From: Chiloscyllium plagiosum
Taxonomy: Eukaryota
Reading direction: 5' to 3'
Assembly (NCBI RefSeq): GCF_004010195.1
Contig: NC_057718.1
Coordinates: 55,901,862-55,965,861, forward strand
DNA: 64,000 bases
The position numbers and the translations under genes are program-made. Every line of letters begins with the position of its first letter. Position 1 is the first letter of the stretch. The notes beneath the pieces were generated by a model, which had not been told where the DNA came from, did not search any database, and saw only the letters and a program-made list of their open reading frames with translations. Positions 51,371-64,000 of the stretch are shown here, in pieces.

Positions 51371-51599
51371 TAATAAGGTGCTTAACAAGCAGTAATCCAC
51401 CCTAATAGGCAACTTCACCGCTGCCTCACAAGAAACTCACCTCAATGCTCAGTGGTTGCATGAAAGGTGGAGCGAGAGCCCACATCAGCCAGGCCCCTAT
51501 ACGATTCTGCACATGGAACATTCCTCAATTAAAACTTTGTTTCTATCTCCACAATGAAAGGGATAATACTGTTATAGACTTCAGGGGAAGAGCATGAAA

Positions 51600-52455
51600 T
51601 AGTGGAAGAAATTAACAGAGAGAGAGGAGGGACTAGTGGGTTTAGTGGTGTTAAAAGGAATAAATTGGCTGGATTGGATGATATGTATCTCAAGGGAGTG
51701 TTGGGGCAGTGATTTGTAATCTTCTTTGACCATAGGTGGGATGCAGAAGGACAGCCCACATTGTCTGATTAGTTAAAAAGGTGGAAAGGTTATACTAGGA
51801 AATTACAGGCTAGTCAGTCTAATCTCAGTGTGGAGAACTTATTAGAAAGTATTCTGAGGGACACAATAGAAGGACGCTTGGAGAGACATGAATTATTTAG
51901 GAATAGTTGGCATATGTATTTAAGGGAATGTCAAATTTGGCAAATTTGAGGTGGTAACTGGAAGTGTTGATGAGGGAAAATGCATTTGATATGCTCCAAA
52001 TGGACTTTAGCAAGGCGTTTGATAAGGTCCAACATGGCAGATTGTTCAAGAATATAAGATCGCATAGAAGCGTAGTTACCACCCTATCTATTTTCATGTC
52101 ATCCATGAACTTCTTGAACATACCTCTTACATGTAAATCCAAATTATTAATGCACATCATAAATAGCAGCCATTCAGAACTCCACAGGAGACAGAGTTTC
52201 AACAGAGAAACATCTGTCTACCACCACCCTCTGCTTCCTACCACTCAGCCAAATTTGGATCAAGTGTGCCACCTTGCCTTGGATCTCATGGGGTCCTATT
52301 TTCTTGACCAGTTAGCCATGAGAGACCTTGTCGGAAGCCTTGCTAAAGCCCATGCAAACCACATCAAATGCATTATTCTCATCAACAGGCTAAGTAAGCT
52401 CCTCAAAATATTCAATCAAATTTTTCAAACACAACCTTTTCTTAACAAATCCACT
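51600..52455. mobile_element. CR1 RT fragments in opposite orientations
   Basis: MDFSKAFDKVQHGRL on the + strand, then reverse-strand RT pieces. Confidence 0.65.
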
Positions 52456-52759
52456 GTGAAGTACTTTGGCAGGATATTGTTCCAAGGTAGCAAAGTGTGA
52501 CAGCCAATTTTCACACAAGACGCCATAAACATAAAATTGTTGAATTCCTTGTGTTAATTAGCAAGCAGCACAGATTAGTAACACGGATTTAGTTTCCTTG
52601 AAAATCTCATGCGAATTTAACAGCTCAATCTACAACTCACATTTAAATACAATCACATATGCAATCTGCTTCTAGCTTGTTTCTGCTTGACTGTGCATGA
52701 TATTTGGTAATGTGGATACATATGTTATTTGGTTGATTTACATACCAATTCTTAAAGCC

Positions 52760-53460
52760 ATGATATGGAGGAGCTGGTGTTAGACTGGGGTGGGCAAAGT
52801 TAAAAATCACAGAACACCAGGCTATAGTCCAACAGGAAACACTAACTTTCAGAGCACTGCTCCTTCATCAGGTAGCTGTGGAGCAGGACCATAAGACACA
52901 GAATTTATAGCAAAAGATTACAGTGTTGTGCAACTGAAATGATATATTGAACAAACCTAGAATGCTGTTAAGCCTTTGATCTTTTAGAATGGATTGCAGG
53001 TTTCGGTTCATTAATATGTAAATCCCAGAACTACTTTTAAGTCACATTCTCAAGATAACTTAAGGTTTTATAAAAGAAGGCGACATCTCAGCTCAGACAA
53101 TGCGTTAAAGGTATGAGGTTAGAGTCTGTCTGTATCTCAACCTTGAGTCAGACTGGTTCTATTTCCAAAGTGGAATTTATAAAATATCACATGGATTGAC
53201 TGCCTGCAGATGGTGCACGTTTTGAGCAAAATAGAATGTATTTGCAAATACAAATTCACCCAATAGACTTTTGTGTGTGTGTGCGCGCATGAGAGCAAGA
53301 GAGTTTGTGAGTGTGTGCATGAGAGAGTGTGTTTGCATGTGCACATGCTTGGTAAGGTATGTGTGTGTGTGATGGATATAAGCCTGTGAGAGGGTGTGTG
53401 CAAGGGTGTGAGTGTGGGGTGTGTATGTGTGTGTCTGTTGTGTATGAGAGAGTGTGTCTT
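52760..53460 (-). mobile_element. PLE-derived element, family B, with (TG)n/(GA)n tract
   Basis: Homologous to 29200-29492; decayed hammerhead at about 52840-52872. Confidence 0.75.
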
Positions 53461-53542
53461 AAAGTAACATAGCTCTTAAAATAATAATACAATCCCATTC
53501 TTCCATGAACAAATTACATACACCCTATATAAGTGTTATGGT

Positions 53543-53745
53543 AAAAACTGAAAGAACTGCAGATGCTGGTAAATCAGAAACAAAAACAGAAATTTCAGGA
53601 AAACCTCAGCAGGTCTAGCAGCATCTATGAAAAGAAATCAGAGATAATGTTTCAGTTCTGAGGAACGGTCACTGGACCCAAAACATTAACTCTAATTTCT
53701 CTTCACAGTTGCTGCCAGATCTGCTGAGCTTTTCCAGCAACTTAC
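53543..53745. mobile_element. Fold-back PLE-derived element (family D) with central decayed hammerhead
   Basis: Inverted arms ctcagcaggtctagcagc.../...gctgccagatctgctgag; CTGAGGA-acGGTC-actg-GACC-caaaacatt at about 53658-53688. Confidence 0.65.
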
Positions 53746-54324
53746 ACTTTATGGTAGTTGTGAAATTACTTACAAAAAAGATTGAAAAGATTACGAGTTT
53801 GACTCCAAGAGTCTATATAATGCATATTTGTTTTGACAATATTTCTGGGTCTTGTGATGGTGTAACCTTCCAGAGATTTAGACTTTGCACTTGGCTTTTC
53901 TTGATTTGTAGGTATGTTGGAATCTTATTTGCTGTTAGTGTGTTAACTGTTATCCTAATGGTTTTCCATACCTTAATATTCAAAGCTATTTTTGTGTGTG
54001 TTTTGTGCATAATTCTAGTACTGCACAGTTCCTTGTGTTAGCTTCTGTCTTTCCTTTATGTTGGTCAGTGTTAGGACTTGTTGAGAGTCTAGACAGATAG
54101 CAGCCTGGCAATATTATCCTGTCTTGGTCTCTGTTGGTGAAGGTAAGCCTATGTCCAGAGATATAGGCACTTTGAAGCCAAGTGTGTAATAAGTGATCAA
54201 GTCATAATTCTGTAGTGTTACAGGAATTTGTTGTAGTCTAGATATTGCACTTATAGTGATTTGTACAAAATCATTTCCAATTCTCTGTAGTTTCCCTAGT
54301 GAATTGCTTTCCAAATAGGTATGT

Positions 54325-54578
54325 TTGGAACTTGTGATACACACCACCAACTTCCAGAACATTTCAGAAAATATCTCTGGGATACATGCACCAAACAACC
54401 CCACCACCTTGTGGCCGACCACTTCAACTCCCCCTCCCACTCTGCCAATGACATGCAAGTCCTGGGCCTCCTCCACCACCAAATCCTAGCCACTCGATGC
54501 CTAGAGGAAGAACATCTCATCTTCTGCCTTGGGACCCTCCAACCACACTGCATCAATGTTGATTTCTTCAGTTTCCTC
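54325..54578 (+). mobile_element. Neptune-type PLE GIY-YIG C-terminal fragment
   Basis: VADHFNSPSHS...EEEHLIFCLGTLQP. Confidence 0.75.
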
Positions 54579-55535
54579 ATGTGGACAAAATTTCCTCTTT
54601 TCATTATACAATACAGCACCAACTTCAAATGTTTTCTATGGCATTGAATCTGTCTGGGTTAGTCCTACAACAATTATACTCAATGTGAGGATCCTTGGTC
54701 TCTTCTGCTGCAGTTGGTATTTAGTGATGTCATGCATGGTCAAAGTATTTGGATCCAAGCTGGTCAGTTAAATCTTATAGCTGTTCTAATGGTGAATTCT
54801 GAAGTTTATTTTTACACAAGGCTGATTTTCCACCATTTCTCATAGTTCAGCAAGATTTATATGGTCTTTTTGAAACAGGCCAGAAATGTTTCCAATGATT
54901 TCTTTCTTTTCTCTCCTTGCTTACCTTGTTTTTTTCCATCTAAAAACCACAGCTCCATTGTTTGTTGAAAGAGCCTACACGTGAATAGGATGGGTATGGC
55001 CTTTGTTAGTCATCTTTCTAATGTTTCTTGCTTTCAACAATGGGAATTTATTGTGCTCTTGCTACTATAAGGTTACTATCTCACTACAAAGATTCAGCAG
55101 TGGTGTTGTTCTGTTTCTTTTATGTTTGTTTCATTCTGTCCTGTGTTTTTTTTACATGAAGCTTGGACTTTGTTTAATTTTGTTTTACAAATCTCTTACT
55201 CACATTTGGGTAGCTTTTTAAATCTGGAATCCCAGCATAGGTGTAACTTCTTCACTGTTGCAACATTTCTCTGAAGTCATCTCTTGTGATATTCAAACTT
55301 GTCACTGCTTTGTTTTTAAGAAAAATCCCCAGTTCTGATCACCATCTCTTATTTCCTGTGTTATCGGTAAGAATACAGATTAAGAAGCTTGGGTATTCAG
55401 TTTATTTTAAAATCGCATGAAGACTTATTTAAAACCTTGAGCTATAACTTTCTGTACAGATAACTATATATTTAACCTACATCTGATGAACTGCATATAG
55501 CAGTTGTTCATATTCTTACATTCTGGTACTTGACT

Positions 55536-55765
55536 TGATTTGGAGATGCCTGTGTTGGGTGTACAAAGTTACAAATCACACAACACCAGGTTATAGTCCG
55601 ACAGGTTTAATCGGAAGCACTAGCTTTCGGAGCACCGCTCCTTCATCAGGTGGTTGTGGAGTGCACAATTGTAAGACACAGAATTTATAGCAAAAGTTTA
55701 CAGTGTGATGTAACTGAAATTATACATCGAAAAATACCTTGATTGTTTGTTAAGTCTCTCATCTA
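55536..55765 (-). mobile_element. PLE-derived short element, family B
   Basis: gatttggagatgcc...caacaccaggttatagtcc, same family as 28811-29492. Confidence 0.8.
55615..55655 (-). ncRNA. Intact minimal type I hammerhead ribozyme motif (family B)
   Basis: Minus strand: aacCAC-CTGATGA-a-GGAGC-ggt-GCTCC-GAAA-GCTA-GTGctt. Confidence 0.82.
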
Positions 55766-56212
55766 ATAGAATTATAACAGATGAACAAAAGGAGGCACAA
55801 ATGATGTTGTAATTTATTTTTTATGGCTCTTCAAATATGTAGTTGGTATTCTCATTGTGTTAGTGCTTAGTTCCTATTATGTAGTAAGACTAAAACTATT
55901 TCTTCACTGTACTTTATAATGTAAACCTCGTTTGAAATATGGGTCAATTATTTAAATTGCAATCTTAATTTAACAAGCTAGTTTGAATAATAAAGTTTCA
56001 TACATGGTAATAATACCCGTGTCACACTTCTAATTTGCCTTCAAATCAGAATTTTGCTTTTCTTAAAAGCACATCTTACCTTGCATCCATTTTACTTGTT
56101 TATTTTGTTATTGGTATTTTTCCTCGGATTCTGTTGTATAATGCCTCAAGATCAGAGGTATAATTTATCTAGGATCAATATTTCCTCATTTGCACTTGCT
56201 GTCTCAATGCAG

Positions 56213-56233
56213 GTGATATTGCAGATACATCAG
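56213..56233 (+). CDS. EML6: Candidate 21-nt alternative microexon GTGATATTGCAGATACATCAG, (G)DIADTS(G)
   Basis: tttgcacttgctgtctcaatgcag acceptor and consensus CAG|gtaagt donor. Phase 1/1 and frame preserving; resembles recalled EML5 GDSADMSA at the same position. Confidence 0.8.
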
Positions 56234-56577
56234 GTAAGTTTATCAGTTCTTTCCCTTTTCCAATGCCCACTGTTCCTCCTCCTTTCCATCATTCTCTTTA
56301 TATGTATTTGTGCAGTTTCATTGGTTCTCTCATGCCTGTGAAACTGTCACAATGTATTTGCTCATAAAGCCAATACATGTGGTTGTGCAACCTATGATTT
56401 TGTTCTGAGTTCATTGCAGTGCTTAATAGTTAGTATTAGAATAATAAGCCTTTATTCTACGTTACATGCCTGAACTAAATTAGTTGACTGTGAATGGATT
56501 TTGTTTCTGAGAAGATTCAAATAATTAATCAAAATGTTTATGCAAGCTACTGAAAGAAAACCACCTTCAAGTTTTAA

Positions 56578-56838
<261 letters not shown>

Positions 56839-57334
56839 TAATTAAGAAGTTATTTATTATATTTATTCTATTTTACAAAGTCATTGACCTACATTCATTT
56901 ATTTATAATTATGGTAGTTAAGTGAGCAGGTTGTAGATTCTGCACAACTTGCATCAATGCTATATTTGAACTCACAGCAAAAGGCAAAAAATGATTAACA
57001 AGATATCTCATCTTACATTTTCATCAGTAGCAATGAGGCAGAGACCATTTGTCTGAGTTTTTTCTTTTATTCTATTATTTTCTCACTTTCTGCCTAGTTA
57101 ATTTCTGATTTTGACAAAAATTTGATGCACATCCCCCAAGTCTGACTGGCACAACTCACATCTGACATTCAGCCATCCATGTTAGATTTGGGTAGACCCC
57201 ATAAAATCCTATAGAGCCTATACAACTTTAGAATCATCCTAGATTCTTAAAAACAATGCTTTGTCTCTCTTCTTCAATATCCACCATCTACTTCAATTCT
57301 TCTCCCACCTACTTTACCTTCACCTTCAAGAATA

Positions 57335-57554
57335 CAGGTAGTTCTTCTATAACGCAGTGGTTGCATTCTGGTGCAAACCTGCATTATAGAAAAATTGCAC
57401 TTTAGAAACGGTGCTTAAAGTGTTTGTGATGTAATTTGCATTACAGCCAACACACGTTTTAAAAGTTCATGCTTTAGAAACAGTGTCCCCAATTCATCAA
57501 TTGCGTTACAGTGAATTTGTGTTAACAAAACACATGTTATAGCAGAACAACCTG
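57335..57554. mobile_element. Tigger/pogo-like MITE, 220 bp
   Basis: TA|CAGGTAGTTCTTCTATAAC ... GTTATAGCAGAACAACCTG|TA: 19-bp TIR with 2 mismatches and TA TSD. Confidence 0.8.
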
Positions 57555-58571
57555 TAACTGAAAGGAGCTTATGAACATCTTTTCACAAAAGTTGAAAATT
57601 ACCTATTCATTTGCCCTTTCCCCTAACCAGTAAGCTTAATGGCCTTAAGTTCTCCCATGCTAAAACCTTGAACTCAAGTCTTTCTCTAGCTTCTCTCTTG
57701 TCTCCTCCCACATGTTCTCTGAATGACTTCCACATAAGATGCAATCTCTCTCTGTTTCCACCAACCTGATGACCAAACAACTAAAACCCCCTTCCATCCC
57801 CATGCTAAATGAAACTGTAAACACATACCATGGCAGCGATTACTTATTTTTCAAATCTGTCACCATTACCCTCCTCCAGTATACCCACAACCACTGCCTG
57901 CTGGACTTGTGGTCAATGTATTTTCCTTCACAAATTTTTCAATGAAGGAAGAGTGATACAGAATCATCCAACTACTTGGGGTGTTCTGCAACGAGAAGGC
58001 CAGGCCCATCCTTCATAACTACAAAGTACTTTATCTCTCTCCAAGCACTATTCACTCAGTCTACATATCTAGTTCTTGAGCAGCCAAGCTTATACCCACA
58101 ATCCTCTTCTCAGTTGTGATGACTGAGCTGACTTCTCCCAGAATCCAACTTGGTCACTTCTCACCAGCATCATCTGTAATGGGAAGGTTGCATTCATGTC
58201 ATGGGATCAGGGATATGGGAGAAAGGGTCTCCAGTAGCAATTGATGGAATGAGATCTCCATGTAAACCACATTTTGGCTCTCAACTCCAGACCTTCTACA
58301 AAAAATTTGACATCAGTCCTAACAATTAGTTGGTGAATACTTACTCATTCCACATTATTTTGCAGTGACCCCCTATACCTTCAGAAATTCAATTTTTATA
58401 TCCTTATTGATGATTGACATTTGGTCACGAGAAAGAGTGATTCTGCAACTTGACAATGATGCCTAATGATCAGGCGAAGTGGTAATAAAGGAATGCAATC
58501 AGATAACTAATTTACACAGCATTGTGTCTTCAGTTGGATAAAATTGGTAAAGTTTGCCAGTGTTGCACATA

Positions 58572-59097
<526 letters not shown>

Positions 59098-59733
59098 TGA
59101 TTATTCAATTAGTAATTATCTTATTATTCAATATTATAAGAAGTGAATAGATTTACATATTGGAAAACTAATAATTATCATTCTAAAATATACTCCCAAT
59201 CCAGGACTCTTCTTGCGATAAAACCTAAGCAGGAAATTGTTGTGTTTTCTTTTCCATGGCTGGAATTTATTGTTTTTTATAAGTATTGTTAGCAAATCTG
59301 TGATATTAAAATTCTTATGTTCTATATACATTTCTTGCCATAACCCTTGCTTTCTTTTGCCGCTTTTATGTTATTTTCTGCTCTATTTATCCCAATGTCC
59401 ATATTTATAATGAAAAATGTTTAATTAAATTGACTAAATTACAATTTTATCCTCCAGCTGCTGGTTTTGACTCTTACACAAAAATAGGAGAATGAGACAG
59501 TATCTCTCACTAAGCCTGTACTTGTTTTCAATATGGCCATGGCTGACCTTGGACTTCAACTCAATCTTTCGCCTGCTCTCCATATCCTTTGATTCCCTGA
59601 GAGACTCGAGCCTTAAATCCATTTAATTATGGACCATGCACAATCCTCTGGGCTGGATGATACCAAAAAATCACAACTCTTTGAGTGAAGCAACTTCTTC
59701 TTATCTCAGCACTAAATGATTGCCCCTTTTATT

Positions 59734-60245
59734 TTATTTTTTAATTTTTTTTTAGAGCCAGCTCTGAGTGAACAGAATCTCTGACACTCCAGTTTATTTT
59801 TTCATTTTTTATCTTTTTTTCTGACACTCCTGTTCTTTTTTTTCCCCTTACCCCCACACTACCGCCTAACTGCGGTAGTGCTTATTTTTCCCCCATACCC
59901 ATATTTGTGTGTGCGGGTGTGGGACACAGTAAAAGACACAAGGTGCACGAATCTTTATTTAATTTCCACCACCAGAAATAAAATAAAACACCCAAGTGGC
60001 CAGTGACAAGCAGTGCCCTTCACATCAAAGGGCAAAAGGGCAATGCTGTGTGATCAAGCAGTGAAGGGGGGGAGGGGAGCAGGGATTAAATCAAAATACA
60101 ATTGGAGGGGGAAATAATGCACTCCACTCCCTGTGGTGCCCACCTGTCCTTGAACAGCTCAAGGGTATTGGTGCTCTTTCTCCAGAGATACCCAGGCTCT
60201 AATGTAACCACGGAAGAGGGGCAGGCAATCGGTCTTTAGAGCCCC
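59734..60245 (-). mobile_element. Tx1-like LINE 3' end with tripartite A-rich tail, inserted in a CR1 3' fragment (about 59510-60340 -)
   Basis: Minus strand DCLPLFRGYIRAWVSLEKEH...FKDRWAPQGVEC. 17-bp TSD TGATTGCCCCTTTTATT at 59717-59733 and 60246-60262. Confidence 0.8.
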
Positions 60246-61736
60246 TGATTGCCCCTTTTATTCTGAGACTGGGCTCAGAACCCCCATTGGAAACAAGCTT
60301 TCAGAATCTACCTGATCAAACCCCATCAGTATCTTATATGTTTTCCAACCATACAACTTGTCCACAAAAGAAACTCCTACATCCCAAATAAATATTTCTG
60401 AGCCTTGCCATCAAACTAAAATATGGGTCAATATACCGGGAGGGAAACAGTGCTCCCGTTGTCATTTTCCACAGTGTGGCCAATTAATGGCCAGGGGTTG
60501 GGCTTCCTATTCATTGAATGATGAAGCGTGTTCTCTCAAGTCTAAAGGCCTAATCAGAGGCCGTTTAAAAACTTTCTGTCACTCAGTTATGGCAGGCACC
60601 CAGGGCTCCTTGATTGGCTCTGGTTAACAACCCCATCAAGGATCTCCTAGTCAATGAGATCCACTGGGCCCTGGTTCCAATCACTACATCCCTCCACAAA
60701 CAATCCCCTCCCTCCCCAAAATTCTGGGGATATGGGCCTGTTCCTTCTCTTGTAGATTCTCCTGGGACATTTTCGTCCCAGGTCCGGTTCCTCTGACTTA
60801 GGCTCAGAAAAGGGCAGCGTGTACCAGACCGTAGCCCATCTCTTGCACCTGGAACGTCTCTGAAGAGTTTCTTCATCTTCTGGCAGTAGCAATATTGAGG
60901 CTGCATCCATCTCAGACTCAGAGGTTTCCTCAATGCTAGAGGGAGAGGACAAATATACAGTTTCTGACAGCCTTTCCAGCTGTTCTAAGGGGTAAGTATA
61001 CTTTGCTCCTGCCCAGTTTGCACAGTAGCAGCTTTCAGGTGATCCACAAGTTTGTTCAGGACCACCTCATCTACTCGAACTTTGTATGTCACGATACCTG
61101 ACTTCGCAATGACCTCACTTCATACCCATGGCAGGCCATTTCTGTGGTTCTGGCACCAAGTCTCGTCTCCTTAAATAAACAGTCTATCTCTTGCTTAGGA
61201 GTGGCAAGTGGCCAGCATTGGCATTCCTGTTGCCATTTCACCCTCCATCCCCAGGTCCAGGAATGTCAGGTCTAACCTGCTGCAGAGTCTTCTGCCCATC
61301 AGCAACTCTGCTGGAGCTATCCCTATAGTTGCGTGAAGGAGAGTCCTATAATCGAACTGTTTAGTATCAAATGAAGCTGTAGGCTGTTCCTTTAAGCCTG
61401 CCTTCAACATTTGGACTGCTCTTTCTACCAGACCATTGGATGATGGATGGTATGGGCAAAGGTGAGGACTGCAAATGCTGGAAACCAGAGTTTAGATTAG
61501 GGTAGTGTTGGAAAAGCACAGCAGGTCAGGCAGCATCCGAGGAGCAGCAAAATCGACATTAGATACTGGCTAAACAATACCAGGGTCATCCAGGAGTTTC
61601 CAAAATGAAGATGTTGGCAATGAGTGGTCAGATGGTGGAGCTGTCTGAACATGCTGAAGGCCATTCAATTTTAGGAAATACTCGAATTCCCTGCTGATAA
61701 GTGACATGCCATTATTCATGACCAATACTTCTGAAA

Positions 61737-62200
61737 TGTTGTGGTTCTGTTCACCGAGCTGGGAATTTGTGTTGCAGACGTTTCACCCCCTGTCTAGGTG
61801 ACATCCTCAGTGCTTGGGAGCCTCCTGTGAAGCGCTTCTGTGATGTTTCCTCCGGCATTTATAGTGGTTTGTCTCTGCCGCTTCCGGTTGTCAGTTCCAG
61901 CTGTCCGCTGCAGTGGCCGTATATTGGGTCCAGATCGATGTGTTTGTTGATAGAATCTGTGGATGAGTGCAATGCCTCTAGGAATTCCCTGGCTGTTCTC
62001 TGTTTGGCTCATCCTATAATAGTAGTGTTGTCCCAGTCAAACTCATGTTGCTTGTCATCTGCGTGTGTGGCTACTAAGGATAGCTGGTTGTGTCTTTTCG
62101 TGGCTAGTTGGTGTTCATGGATACGGATCGTTAGCTGTTTTCCTGTTTGTCCTATGTTGTCCAACGAGCACCCGAGCTACAAATCTTCTCACAAACTTTG
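61737..62200 (-). mobile_element. Short Poseidon-type PLE insertion
   Basis: Same family as 36083-37269. 13-bp TSD AATACTTCTGAAA at 61724-61736 and 62201-62213. Confidence 0.88.
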
Positions 62201-62739
62201 AATACTTCTGAAAGTCTGTGTATCACAAATGGTGCTAGCACCTTTTCAGTTGTCTTCCCTGAGTTTGCCAAACGAACTTTATACATGTTCAACCGCTTTG
62301 AATGGGCATCCACAATGATCAGGAACATTGAGCCCATGAAAGAATCTGCATAGTCGACGTTTAACTAAGTCCAGGATTTACCTGGCCATTCCCATGAATG
62401 TGGGGGCACTGCCAGCAATATCTTTTGGTCCTTGTTGGCACTCTGAGCACTACCACACCAACGCAGTATGTCAGCATCCAATTCTGACCACCATCTGACC
62501 ACTCATTGCCAACATCTTCATTTTGGAAACTCCTGGATGACCCTGGTATTGTTTAGCCAGTATCTAATGGCAACCTTTACTCAGAGCAGTCACTCTTGCT
62601 CCCCATACTAATATGCCATCATCTACAGTCATCTGGTCTTGTCGGGTCCAGAAAAGTTTCAATCCTGGTTGTAATGGCTCTTCTGTTTTTTTTTGTCCGC
62701 AGTCAGATATTGTCAGTGGTGACTGGAAGGGTGTGTAGA

Positions 62740-62905
62740 TGGCTTATCTCTCCACGCTTCAGGCTCTCTACCTTTATTCCTGATAAAGGGCTTTTGCCCG
62801 AAACGTCGATTGTGCTGCTCCTCGGATGCTGCCTGAACTGCTGTGCTCTTCAAGCACCACTAATCCAAAATCTGGTTTCCAGCATCTGCAATCATTGTTT
62901 TTACC
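62740..62905 (+). mobile_element. Family A PLE terminal piece with a mutated hammerhead core (CTGATAA)
   Basis: ttcctgataaagggcttttgcccgaaacgtcgatt. Confidence 0.75.
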
Positions 62906-64000
62906 CGGTTTAAAACCAGAACTGACTCTTCCAAGGGAGGCATTATCAGTGGAGTATCTGCCAGTGGGAAGCAGCTAAAGGCATCTGCATTTGTCATTTG
63001 GCCTCCTGGATGGTGTGCCAACTTGTAATTGTATGCACTGAAAATAAGGGACCACTGCTGAATTTGACCAGAAGCTATGGGTAACACAGTTTTGCCTTTC
63101 TGGTAGCAGGGGTTTGTGATTCAATCCTGTGACATATTTACATTCAAAATGGCATTAGTTTCTCACACCAAAGATGACCTCCCTTCTCTATCTGGGCATA
63201 TTTACATTTGGCATCAGCCAAAGTCTGCTATTGGGCGTTCCTCTCCATTGGGCCCCTGGTGAGCCAACACCACATCAATAACATACGGGGAGGCATTGCA
63301 TGTCATATTACCTTTCGCTTGGGATTGTAGTGGACTAACAACTTAGATGACAATAGCTGCTTTTTCACTTCCCTGAAGGCTACTTCTTGACTATGCAACC
63401 ATTACCAAGGCTGATCCTTTTTCAATAGCAGGTTTGAGGGTGTCAAGCTGGAGGCCAGGTTACATATGAATTTCCTGTGATAATTCACCAACCCAAGGAA
63501 AGACCTAAGCTCCAGTACAGGCATGGGAGCTGGGGCACCTTTGATCACTGTCACTTTATCTTTGAATGGATGTAACCCGGTTTTGTTGATTCTCTCCACA
63601 CCAGGGAGAGACATTTAAGCACAATGTCCAAGTTCTCCAAGTGCTCTTTATTGATCTTCCCAGTTATTAGTACATTAGCCAGATAAATGACAACCTGAGG
63701 TAGCCCTTGTAAAATGTTCTTCTTTGTACAATGGAAAAGGGTACAGGCTGATGATACTCCAAATAGCAATCTTGTATGGTTGTGGCTCCTGTCCAGCTTC
63801 ATGAAGAACAGCCTCCCTGTCAGTTTTCCATCTGCAAGAAGCAGTTAATCCATTGTGCTTTGCATGCATGGGTTCAGATCCCACTCTCGTCACCACTGAA
63901 ATAACTGCACAGAGGTTGATATCCTGTTACCAAGTCACCCTTTATTTACGTGCACGCAGTACATGGGCTCTGACCAGCCAGTTCACAGCAAGTCCCTGAA

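Larger units (their letters stand above)
60720..64000 (-). mobile_element. Third Gypsy element (internally deleted): LTR 3' end 63897-64000, PBS-like site, RT/RNase H/integrase, with nested PLEs
   Basis: ELRSFLGLVNY, GSMFLIIVDAHSK and APAELLMGR motifs; ...tatttca-gtggtgacgag LTR/PBS junction on the - strand. Confidence 0.85.

Overview
Eukaryotic genomic DNA, almost certainly from a shark. The basis is HE1-type tRNA SINEs plus CR1, L2-group, RTE, Rex1/Babar, Tx1, Gypsy and Penelope-like relics; the species cannot be fixed from the sequence. The window is an internal part of a + strand EML6-like gene (echinoderm microtubule-associated protein-like 6). It holds six constitutive coding exons with consistent GT-AG phases, covering the basic linker, a HELP motif and WD40 repeats, plus a ~36.8 kb TE-filled intron. 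Three in-frame candidate microexons invisible to the ORF track (15, 9 and 21 nt) each have a UGC motif before the 3' splice site and encode inserts resembling alternative segments I recall from EML5. The introns also carry at least four distinct families of Penelope-associated minimal hammerhead ribozyme motifs, a 5S rRNA copy joined to a tRNA SINE, a Tx1 element with an apparent serial 3' transduction, and local duplications or inversions at Penelope-fragment junctions. Most ORFs in the supplied track are TE debris or chance ORFs. Family assignments come from recalled motifs, not database searches, and TE boundaries without a TSD are approximate.
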